A model generated the notes under the pieces. The model was not told where the DNA came from and did no database searches. It was given only the letters and a program-made list of their open reading frames with translations. 11,387 nt of DNA from a virus (lineage: Duplodnaviria; Heunggongvirae; Uroviricota; Caudoviricetes): IMG/VR virus record IMGVR_UViG_2563366866_000006; one strand, written 5' to 3'. Position 1 is the stretch's first letter; every line of letters starts with the position of its first letter. Positions 1 through 6,245 of the stretch are shown in pieces. Both the position numbers and the translations under genes were made by a program.

Positions 1-288
1 TTTAAGGGATTAATTCCTTCAAAAGTAAAATCTCGCCCGCAATGTTGTGACGATGACGCGATGATCATTTGCGGGTGCATGGCCCGTCTGAAAAATAACA
101 ACAGCGATTTGCATGATTTGTTAGTGGACTATTATGTCGGCGGCATGACTTTTATGGCGCTTGCGCGTAAGCATGGTAGATCTGATTGTTGGATTGGCAG
201 GATGCTCCAAAAAGCTGAGGGCGTAGTGGAGGGCATGCTGATGGTGTTGGATCTCAGATTGGAGATGGATGCTGATTGTTTGAGATAA
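1..288 (+). CDS. Late antiterminator Q (phage 21/82/DLP12 QuuD-like), C-terminal part; the 5' end lies outside the window
   Basis: Frame 1 is open from base 1 ([31 protein letters not shown]...) to the TAA at 286-288, so the 75-aa ORF in the track is only the tail of a longer protein. The Cys-rich [12 protein letters not shown] segment and the following sequence match my recollection of DLP12-type Q proteins. Its position directly upstream of the late promoter and lysis genes fits Q. Confidence 0.75.
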   Translation, partial: FKGLIPSKVKSRPQCCDDDAMIICGCMARLKNNNSDLHDLLVDYYVGGMTFMALARKHGRSDCWIGRMLQKAEGVVEGMLMVLDLRLEMDADCLR

Positions 289-300
289 TTAAAGGAAAAG

Positions 301-350
301 TTGCTGTCTGGTTATCATTAGACTAATGTTTCAAATGTTAGAATCGCAAC
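301..350 (+). promoter_or_regulatory. Candidate late promoter pR' (extended -10 element TGtTAGAAT at 336-344) about 50 bp downstream of the Q stop
   Basis: Sequence atgTTAGAATcg has a TGn-TAGAAT extended -10 at 336-344. No good -35 is present, which is typical of Q-dependent late promoters. Its distance from the Q stop resembles lambda. It could instead belong to the IS200 left end. Confidence 0.3.
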
Positions 351-386
351 GTAGTTATGATCATATAACAGCTTGTTCCCTGATTT

Positions 387-415
387 AGCCAGCCTCCCCA
401 AAGGCTGGTTTTTTT
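387..415 (+). terminator. IS200 left-end hairpin with rho-independent-terminator shape (stem 389-394/403-408, loop tccccaaa, T-run 409-415)
   Basis: ccagcc...ggctgg is a perfect inverted repeat followed by seven T residues, read directly from the sequence. In IS200 this structure is known to block read-in transcription. Confidence 0.7.
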
Positions 416-425
416 GTGCACAGAA

Positions 426-448
426 AACCCCCAGCTAGGCTGGGGGTT
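426..448 (+). promoter_or_regulatory. IS200 tnpA 5' UTR stem-loop (aacccccagc-tag-gctgggggtt), probable translational control structure
   Basis: A perfect 10-bp stem with a 3-nt loop, read directly. Its C-rich arm is complementary to the AAGGGGG Shine-Dalgarno sequence just upstream of the tnpA start at 559. Confidence 0.55.
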
Positions 449-558
449 CCGGAAAGCTTTCAGCTTTGAGCCAGTTATTAAAACCCCTTTTGATTTGTTA
501 AAACACCTTGCGGTCTGGCAACTGCAAGTGTCAAACAAGAAATCAAAAGGGGGTCCCA

Positions 559-1017
559 ATGGGGAACGAAAAGAGCTTAGCGCACACCCGATGGAACTGT
601 AAATATCACATAGTTTTTGCGCCAAAATACCGAAGACAGGTGTTCTACAGAGAGAAGCGTAGAGCAATAGGCAGTATTTTGAGAAAGCTGTGTGAGTGGA
701 AAAGCGTACGGATTCTGGAAGCTGAATGCTGTGCAGATCATATCCATATGCTTGTGGAGATCCCGCCTAAAATGAGCGTATCCGGGTTTATGGGATATCT
801 GAAAGGGAAAAGCAGTCTGATGCTTTACGAGCAGTTTGGTGATTTGAAATTCAAATACAGGAACAGGGAGTTCTGGTGCAGAGGGTACTACGTCGATACA
901 GTGGGTAAGAACACGGCGAAGATACAGGATTACATAAAGCACCAGCTTGAAGAGGATAAAATGGGAGAGCAGTTATCGATTCCCTATCCGGGCAGCCCGT
1001 TTACGGGCCGTAAGTAA
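559..1017 (+). CDS. tnpA: IS200 transposase TnpA (HuH Y1 transposase, about 152 aa)
   Basis: Translation MGNEKSLAHTRWNCKYHIVFAPKYRR...HIHMLVEIPP...YIKHQLEEDK carries the HuH motif (HIH) and the catalytic Tyr region, and matches my memory of Salmonella/E. coli IS200 TnpA almost exactly. The start is placed at the internal ATG at 559, preceded by AAGGGGG, rather than at the ORF-track start at 508. Confidence 0.93.
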   Translation: MGNEKSLAHTRWNCKYHIVFAPKYRRQVFYREKRRAIGSILRKLCEWKSVRILEAECCADHIHMLVEIPPKMSVSGFMGYLKGKSSLMLYEQFGDLKFKYRNREFWCRGYYVDTVGKNTAKIQDYIKHQLEEDKMGEQLSIPYPGSPFTGRK

Positions 1018-1090
1018 CGAAGTTGGATGCAAATGTCAGATCGTGTGCGCCTGTTAGGGCGCGGCTGGTAAGAGAGCCTTATAGGCGCAT

Positions 1091-1127
1091 TTGAAAAACC
1101 TCCGGCTATGCCGGAGGATATTTATTT
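1091..1127. terminator. Bidirectional intrinsic terminator hairpin (cctccggc-tat-gccggagg), mainly serving the minus-strand lipocalin gene
   Basis: Perfect 8-bp GC-rich stem at 1099-1106/1110-1117. On the minus strand it is followed by TTTTTCAA, about 40 nt downstream of the lipocalin stop. On the plus strand it is followed by a weaker ATATTTATTT. Confidence 0.6.
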
Positions 1128-1155
1128 CTAATAAGTATCAATCCGGTTAGGTATT

Positions 1156-1680
1156 TTATTGTTTGACCCATAATAGTTCATTGACATTGAATCCCAATTT
1201 TTGAGCAGTACGCACATAGTCTGCTTTTACATTATCTGGAATAGTTGGAGTCCGTGCCAGAATCCATAGGTATTCTCTGTTCGGACCACTGACAAGAGCA
1301 TACTTATACTCATCATCCAGTTTGATTACATTATAGCCACCATAGAAGGGGCCAAAAAACGAAACCTTCAACGCTGCAGTTGTATTATCTCCTGTAAAGT
1401 ATGCTTTACCTTCGCTCTCGCTCCATTTGTTTTTCGTTGGGTCATATCCACGATTAAGTACACTAATCCCTCCGTCGTTCCGTTTCCCATAAGTGGCGCT
1501 GACCTGTTCCAGACCACGTTCAAATCGGTTCTCAAGCCGAGCTATTTCATACCATTTTCCGAGGTAGCGGTTGGTGTCAAAATTTGTAATCGGCTGCACA
1601 CCTTTAGGTGGTGTCGGGGCCTTACATGCTATCAGAGTGAAAGAGAGTGCAATGCCAGTCAACACAGGCCATAACTTCAT
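1156..1680 (-). CDS. Outer-membrane lipocalin lipoprotein, Blc family
   Basis: 174 aa. Signal peptide with a lipobox (FTLIAC, Cys19). Conserved lipocalin core YLGKWYEIARLENRFERGL...KVSFFGPFYGGYNVI...YLWILARTP closely parallels E. coli Blc. ATG at 1678-1680 with an AGGA about 8 nt upstream. Confidence 0.9.
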   Translation of the reverse strand: MKLWPVLTGIALSFTLIACKAPTPPKGVQPITNFDTNRYLGKWYEIARLENRFERGLEQVSATYGKRNDGGISVLNRGYDPTKNKWSESEGKAYFTGDNTTAALKVSFFGPFYGGYNVIKLDDEYKYALVSGPNREYLWILARTPTIPDNVKADYVRTAQKLGFNVNELLWVKQ

Positions 1681-1872
1681 AATATATCCTGTACTTTTGA
1701 TAGTTGAGAGTAAGTATTAAAGATAGATGATTACTACCGATCACCTAAAGAACTTTCCTACTATATTAGGAATAGTCCATAACAAAAAAATTGTCAGTGA
1801 TGACGGCAGAAAGGCAGTTTAGGTCGTGTACTACACTGTTAACCTGTTAATGAATTAGTCAAGGGGTAGGCA

Positions 1873-2832
1873 ATGATAAAAAAACCTGTCGTTGGGATCA
1901 GTGGTTGTTTGGCCGGTTCTTCTGTCCGTTTTGATGGTGGTCACAAAAGAGCTAGCTTTTTAATGGACAAATTACTGGAATGGGTAACATTCAAACCAGT
2001 ATGTCCGGAAATGGCTATAGGGCTTCCAGTTCCGCGTCCTGCTCTACGTCTTGTTCGCTCGGCGCAAGGAAATATACGGATGTGTTTCAGCCACGACCAG
2101 AATGAGGATGTTACAGAGAAAATGACAGAGTTTAGTCGTTCTTATCTTGACAAATTAAAGGATGTATCGGGATTTGTGGTTTGTGCAAAATCTCCTAGCT
2201 GTGGTATGGAACGCGTGCGTGTATATGATGAAAATGGTAATCGTGGTCGTAAAGATGGAGTGGGACTATTTACGAGCACGTTGATGGAAAGGTTTTCCTG
2301 GCTACCGGTTGAAGAGGATGGGCGACTACATGATCCAGTGCTTCGTGAAAACTTTGTTGAAAGAGTATTTGCTTTACATGAGCTCAATCATCTTTATAAA
2401 GCGAAATTATCAAGAAGGGAATTATTAGCTTTTCATAGCCGTTATAAGCTTCAGTTGTTGGCGCATAGCCAGGCCGGTTATAAAGAGATGGGGCCATTTG
2501 TGGCTGCAATACATGAGTGGGCAGACCTTGAATCATACTTTGAGGTGTATCGTGAGAAGCTGATGGCGATTCTCAGAAAACCTGCATCACGTAAAAATCA
2601 CACGAATGTGCTGATGCATATACAGGGATATTTTAGTAACTGCTTAAATACACGTCAGCGTAAAGAGTTGAGCGATGTTATACTTAACTATCGAGCTGGC
2701 ACGCTACCTCTTCTTGCGCCATTAACTTTGCTGAAGCATTACTTGGCAGAGTATCCTGATGATTATTTGCTTATACAGAATTACTTCCACCCCTATCCTG
2801 ATGAACTGGCTCTAAGACTCTTGGTGAACTAG
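1873..2832 (+). CDS. DUF523 (TudS-like [4Fe-4S] thio-nucleobase desulfidase domain) fused to DUF1722; YbgA-family protein
   Basis: 319 aa. N-terminal half has three Cys in the spacing expected for TudS cluster ligands (GISGCLAG Cys12, CPEM Cys44, CAKSPSCG Cys105), plus a fourth Cys at 110. C-terminal half resembles the helical DUF1722 domain. RBS AAGGGG lies 6-7 nt upstream of the ATG. Confidence 0.8.
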   Translation: MIKKPVVGISGCLAGSSVRFDGGHKRASFLMDKLLEWVTFKPVCPEMAIGLPVPRPALRLVRSAQGNIRMCFSHDQNEDVTEKMTEFSRSYLDKLKDVSGFVVCAKSPSCGMERVRVYDENGNRGRKDGVGLFTSTLMERFSWLPVEEDGRLHDPVLRENFVERVFALHELNHLYKAKLSRRELLAFHSRYKLQLLAHSQAGYKEMGPFVAAIHEWADLESYFEVYREKLMAILRKPASRKNHTNVLMHIQGYFSNCLNTRQRKELSDVILNYRAGTLPLLAPLTLLKHYLAEYPDDYLLIQNYFHPYPDELALRLLVN

Positions 2833-3150
2833 GCGTTTGGAATGCACCAACAAGATGATTTTCTCCTTAGAGAATGTTTACAATCGTAAAAACTTCACTA
2901 TGATATCTATAGTTGTACAGTTTGTAAAAAAATTCGGTTCATGCTTAAGGTAATGTTAATATGTTAATTAATGATTAATAATCAAGCAAGCCAAAAATAG
3001 TTCTGTTTAATCTAGTATTACATAAATATTTTAAAGAAAATATCAAAGTTCATGATGATATAATGAGATTTTTCTCATTGAAAATATGGCAATTTTAATA
3101 TTTCCACCTATACTTACTTAACTCAAATCTAATTATGTCAGGTGGATGGT

Positions 3151-3882
3151 ATGCCATGCATATGTTCTATCATTTTGGTTTTGAACTCGTTTGATATCCG
3201 GCTTGGTAAAGAAAAAATCTCTCTAAAAAAAGGAAGTGTTGTTGCTATAGAATACAATTTAAAAGTTTTCTTTTCTTCAAATAAAGATAATATAATGATC
3301 GTGGATATTGAAGAGAAAACAGTTAATGACTTCTTTAAAAACAATACACTCTCACCTTTTTCTGTAAGAAGATTTTATTCAGCATACTTGATAGTAAACT
3401 GTACAGACTATTCATTGTTAAAGAACTTGATAGGTTGCTTGAATTGTGATGGTGAAACTACGGCTGTAGTTAAAAATTCAATATTATTTGCATGTCTTGC
3501 TATTTTATCCTCGGAAAAAATGTTTCAGAGTTTTTTGTTTGGGTGTCTTAATAGTTTAGGAAGCAAAGTTAAGGCTATTATTCACTCGGACATATCTGCA
3601 GCATGGAGACTTTGTGATATTTCTTCAAGACTATGTCTGAGTGAAAGTTTGTTAAAAAGAAAACTAAAACACGAAGGCTTATCATTTAGCAAATTAATTC
3701 TTGAAGAACGAATGGTGATGGCTGAAAGGTTATTAAGCTACAATTTCTATCCTGTTGGGAAAGTTGCTAAAATATGTGGTTATGAAAGCGCGTCATATTT
3801 TATAAGTGTTTTCAGAAGATATTTTGGTGTTCCCCCCCATGAATATTCATCAAGATTTTTTTTAGAAAAAGGCAAGATGTAA
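3151..3882 (+). CDS. AraC/XylS-family transcriptional regulator (AppY/GadX/PatE-like), horizontally acquired
   Basis: C-terminal AraC-type double helix-turn-helix (...LCLSESLLKRKLKHEGLSFSKLILEERMVMAERLL...VGKVAKICGYESASYFISVFRRYFGVPPHEY). The gene and its 310-bp upstream region are strikingly AT-rich. ATG at 3151 with AGGTGG 5 nt upstream is preferred over the in-frame GTG at 3142 used by the ORF track. Confidence 0.85.
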   Translation: MPCICSIILVLNSFDIRLGKEKISLKKGSVVAIEYNLKVFFSSNKDNIMIVDIEEKTVNDFFKNNTLSPFSVRRFYSAYLIVNCTDYSLLKNLIGCLNCDGETTAVVKNSILFACLAILSSEKMFQSFLFGCLNSLGSKVKAIIHSDISAAWRLCDISSRLCLSESLLKRKLKHEGLSFSKLILEERMVMAERLLSYNFYPVGKVAKICGYESASYFISVFRRYFGVPPHEYSSRFFLEKGKM

Positions 3883-3943
3883 CGTGATGCGTTTTGATGA
3901 TTTTGTAATTTTCATATTTGATGATTATATGATGCTTTCAGCT

Positions 3944-3973
3944 ACGCCAGAATAATCGCTGGCGTTTTTCTTT
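3944..3973 (+). terminator. Rho-independent terminator downstream of the AraC-family gene, upstream of the holin (possibly serving as tR')
   Basis: Stem acgccag (3944-3950) / ctggcgt (3959-3965) with loop aataatcg, followed by TTTTTCTTTT. Confidence 0.6.
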
Positions 3974-4049
3974 TCTAATGTAACTTCTGTATCTTTCCCT
4001 CTTTCATTCCAAACCGTGTACACCATCCGTTATTCGCGGAGGTGAGGCT

Positions 4050-4265
4050 ATGAAATCCATGGACAAGTTAACAACGGGCATTGCCTACGGCACCTCTGCA
4101 GGCAGTGCTGGCTACTGGTTTTTACAGTGGCTTGATCAGGTCAGTCCGTCACAGTGGGCGGCGATTGGAGTGCTTGGAAGCCTTGTGTTGGGTTTTCTCA
4201 CTTATCTGACAAACCTTTATTTCAAGATTAAAGAAGATAAGCGTAAGGCTGCGAGAGGTGAATAA
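4050..4265 (+). CDS. S: Class II holin, phage 21 S21-type pinholin with dual-start motif (Met1/Met4)
   Basis: 71 aa, [53 protein letters not shown]..., matching S21/EssD as I recall them. Two transmembrane segments. The M-K-S-M start gives the antiholin (71 aa) and holin (68 aa) forms. Strong RBS GGAGGTGAGG. Confidence 0.95.
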   Translation: MKSMDKLTTGIAYGTSAGSAGYWFLQWLDQVSPSQWAAIGVLGSLVLGFLTYLTNLYFKIKEDKRKAARGE

Positions 4266-4762
4266 TGTCGCCATCATTACGCAAGGCTGTAGCAGCTGCT
4301 ATTGGTGGTGGGGCTGTTGCCATAGCGTCTGTGCTCATCACTGGTCCGAGTGGTGACGATGGTCTGGAAGGTGTCAGCTACATACCATATAAAGATATTG
4401 TTGGTGTATGGACTGTATGTCACGGGCATACAGGAAAAGACATCATGCTCGGTAAAACGTATACCAAAGCAGAATGCAAAGCACTCTTGAATAAAGACCT
4501 TGCCACTGTCGCCAGACAAATTAACCCGTACATCAAAGTCGATATACCGGAAACAACGCGCGGCGCTCTTTACTCATTCGTTTACAACGTGGGTGCTGGC
4601 AATTTCAGAACATCGACGCTTCTTCGCAAAATAAACCAGGGCGATATCAAAGGCGCATGTGATCAGTTACGTCGCTGGACATATGCTGGCGGTAAGCAAT
4701 GGAAAGGTCTCATGACTCGTCGTGAGATTGAGCGTGAAATCTGTTTGTGGGGTCAGCAATGA
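4265..4762 (+). CDS. R: SAR (signal-anchor-release) endolysin, T4-lysozyme-like (GH24), phage 21 R21-type
   Basis: 165 aa. Gly/Ala-rich N-terminal SAR domain ([20 protein letters not shown]). Catalytic triad at the canonical positions E35, D44, T50. Start overlaps the holin stop. Confidence 0.95.
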   Translation: MSPSLRKAVAAAIGGGAVAIASVLITGPSGDDGLEGVSYIPYKDIVGVWTVCHGHTGKDIMLGKTYTKAECKALLNKDLATVARQINPYIKVDIPETTRGALYSFVYNVGAGNFRTSTLLRKINQGDIKGACDQLRRWTYAGGKQWKGLMTRREIEREICLWGQQ

Positions 4763-5220
4763 ACAGAGTAACCGCGATTATCTCCGCTCTGGTTATCTGC
4801 ATCATCGTCTGCCTGTCATGGGCTGTTAATCATTACCGTGATAACGCCATTACCTACAAAGCCCAGCGCGACAAAAATGCCAGAGAACTGAAGCTGGCGA
4901 ACGCGGCAATTACTGACATGCAGATGCGTCAGCGTGATGTTGCTGCGCTCGATGCAAAATACACGAAGGAGTTAGCTGATGCGAAAGCTGAAAATGATGC
5001 TCTGCGTGATGATGTTGCCGCTGGTCGTCGTCGGTTGCACATCAAAGCAGTCTGTCAGTCAGTGCGTGAAGCCACCACCGCCTCCGGCGTGGATAATGCA
5101 GCCTCCCCCCGACTGGCAGACACCGCTGAACGGGATTATTTCACCCTCAGAGAGAGGCTGATCACGATGCAAAAACAACTGGAAGGAACCCAGAAGTATA
5201 TTAATGAGCAGTGCAGATAG
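4759..5220 (+). CDS. Rz: Rz inner-membrane spanin (i-spanin)
   Basis: 153 aa from the ATG at 4759 ([21 protein letters not shown]...), with an N-terminal transmembrane helix and coiled-coil periplasmic domain. ATGA overlap with the endolysin stop. The ORF-track start at 4747 is a GTG four codons upstream. Confidence 0.9.
   Translation: MNRVTAIISALVICIIVCLSWAVNHYRDNAITYKAQRDKNARELKLANAAITDMQMRQRDVAALDAKYTKELADAKAENDALRDDVAAGRRRLHIKAVCQSVREATTASGVDNAASPRLADTAERDYFTLRERLITMQKQLEGTQKYINEQCR
4979..5161 (+). CDS. Rz1: Rz1 outer-membrane lipoprotein spanin (o-spanin), embedded in the +1 frame of Rz
   Basis: 60 aa, [24 protein letters not shown]... with lipobox VVGC and a proline-rich stretch ([16 protein letters not shown]). 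Lies entirely inside Rz, as in lambda and phage 21. Confidence 0.9.
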   Translation: MRKLKMMLCVMMLPLVVVGCTSKQSVSQCVKPPPPPAWIMQPPPDWQTPLNGIISPSERG

Positions 5221-5223
5221 AGC

Positions 5224-5241
5224 TGCCCATATCGATGGGCA
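5224..5241. terminator. Hairpin between the convergent Rz and bor genes (tgcccat-atcg-atgggca), possible bidirectional terminator
   Basis: Perfect 7-bp inverted repeat read directly. No strong T-run on either side, so terminator activity is uncertain. Confidence 0.3.
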
Positions 5242-5251
5242 ACTCATGCAA

Positions 5252-5545
5252 TTATTGTGAGCAATAGACACGCGCTTCCAGCGGAGTATAAATGCCTAAA
5301 GTAATAAAACCGAGCAATCCATTTACGAATGTTTGCTGGGTTTCTGTTTTAACAACATTTTCTGCGCCGCCACAAATTTTGGCTGCATCAACAGTTTTCT
5401 CCTGTCCAATTCCCGAAACGAAGAAGTGATGGGTGATGGTTTCCTTTGGTGTTACTGCTGTCGGTTTGTTTCCAACAGTAAACGTCTGTTGAGCACATCC
5501 TGTAATAAGCATTGCCAGAGCGGCAGAAAACAACATTTTTTTCAT
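5252..5545 (-). CDS. bor: Bor lipoprotein (serum-resistance, lysogenic-conversion protein)
   Basis: 97 aa from the ATG at 5543-5545 (MKKMLFSAALAMLITGCAQQTFTV...GLLGFITLGIYTPLEARVYCSQ), near-identical to lambda Bor as I recall it. Lipobox ITGC. The ORF-track start at 5593 is a longer upstream extension that I reject. Confidence 0.92.
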   Translation of the reverse strand: MKKMLFSAALAMLITGCAQQTFTVGNKPTAVTPKETITHHFFVSGIGQEKTVDAAKICGGAENVVKTETQQTFVNGLLGFITLGIYTPLEARVYCSQ

Positions 5546-5904
5546 CTTATTATCCTGCATTGTTAAAAACGGCAGAATCCTATGTGACAACAATTAAACG
5601 ATAGTTAAATGGATTGATGAAAATTAAAACTATATAGGTGGATGCTCAGCCTATTGGAGGAGGGGGGCACTCAGAATCCTGTGGAATGAAATAAACCGCT
5701 CTTTCTGTCCATTACCCTTTTAGCTGCGCTGTATCGTCGCCGTATTCCCGCATTAACCATGACCGTAGCCCGACGGGGAATTCCTTCTGCGTGAGTGTGC
5801 GGGAATAATCAAAAACGATGCACACCGGGTTTTACTGTGCTGACAGACGCAGGGTTACCCTCATAGTCGCTTTTCCGGTGCGATGGTGGAAGAAACCGGG
5901 ATGT

Positions 5905-6099
5905 TTATTCATCATCACTTTGGATTGATGTACATGCTCTCTTTTCTGACGTTAGTCTCCGACGGCAGGCTTCAATGACCCAGGCTGAGAAATTCCCAGA
6001 CCCTTTTTGCTCAAGAGCGATGTTAATTTGTTCAATCATTTGGTTAGGAAAGCGGATGTTGCGGGTTGTTGTTCTGCGGGTTCTGTTCTTAGTTGACAT
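5905..6099 (-). CDS. ylcI: Small YlcI-like (DUF3950) protein, probably a ribbon-helix-helix DNA-binding protein with an arginine-rich N-terminus
   Basis: 64 aa, MSTKNRTRRTTTRNIRFPNQMIEQINIALEQKGSGNFSAWVIEACRRRL.... The pattern (beta-strand RNIRF, then two helices) fits an RHH fold. A homologue sits just upstream of the Nu1 homologue in DLP12 by my recollection. Weak RBS. Confidence 0.65.
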   Translation of the reverse strand: MSTKNRTRRTTTRNIRFPNQMIEQINIALEQKGSGNFSAWVIEACRRRLTSEKRACTSIQSDDE

Positions 6100-6245
6100 G
6101 AGGTTGCCCCGTATTCAGTGTCGCTGATTTGTATTGTCTGAAGTTGTTTTTACGTTAAGTTGATGCAGATCAATTAATACGATACCTGCGTCATAATTGA
6201 TTATTTGACGTGGTTTGATGGCGTAGATGCACGTTGTGACATGTA

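Larger units (their letters stand above)
360..1085 (+). mobile_element. IS200 insertion sequence (IS200/IS605 family); boundaries approximate to within about 20 bp
   Basis: A single HuH (Y1) transposase gene is preceded by the two characteristic IS200 left-end structures: a hairpin followed by a T7 run, and a second 10-bp stem-loop in the 5' UTR. A GC hairpin (gcgcc-tgttag-ggcgc, about 1049-1064) sits near the right end. There are no terminal inverted repeats, as expected for this family. Total length is about 0.71 kb. Confidence 0.7.

Noticed and set aside
508-558. Upstream extension of tnpA to the ORF-track start at 508
   Set aside because: The conserved TnpA N-terminus begins at the ATG at 559, which has a Shine-Dalgarno sequence. 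The extension lies in the hairpin-containing 5' UTR.
338-942. Minus-strand ORFs 338-667 and 577-942, and plus-strand ORF 414-602, overlapping IS200
   Set aside because: They overlap tnpA and its structured 5' UTR and have no recognisable protein features. An antisense small RNA is described for the IS200 5' UTR, but that is non-coding, so these ORFs are not called.
3142-3150. GTG at 3142 as the start of the AraC-family gene
   Set aside because: The ATG at 3151 has a better-spaced AGGTGG Shine-Dalgarno sequence. The GTG start remains a possible alternative.
3887-3955. 22-codon ORF (MRFDDFVIFIFDDYMMLSATPE) between the AraC gene and the terminator, containing a ttgatgatt direct repeat
   Set aside because: No Shine-Dalgarno sequence, AT-rich context and no recognisable peptide family. 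It is more likely 3' UTR sequence leading into the terminator hairpin.
2142-5566. Short ORFs inside or antisense to confident genes (2142-2387 minus, 3138-3344 minus, 4277-4519 minus, 5059-5271 minus, 5333-5566 plus)
   Set aside because: Each is embedded in or antisense to a well-supported gene (DUF523-DUF1722, AraC, endolysin, Rz/Rz1, bor). They are low-complexity or have no homology features.
5546-5593. Upstream extension of bor to the ORF-track start at 5593
   Set aside because: Bor is a 97-aa lipoprotein whose signal peptide begins at MKKM. The extra 16 codons have no homology support.
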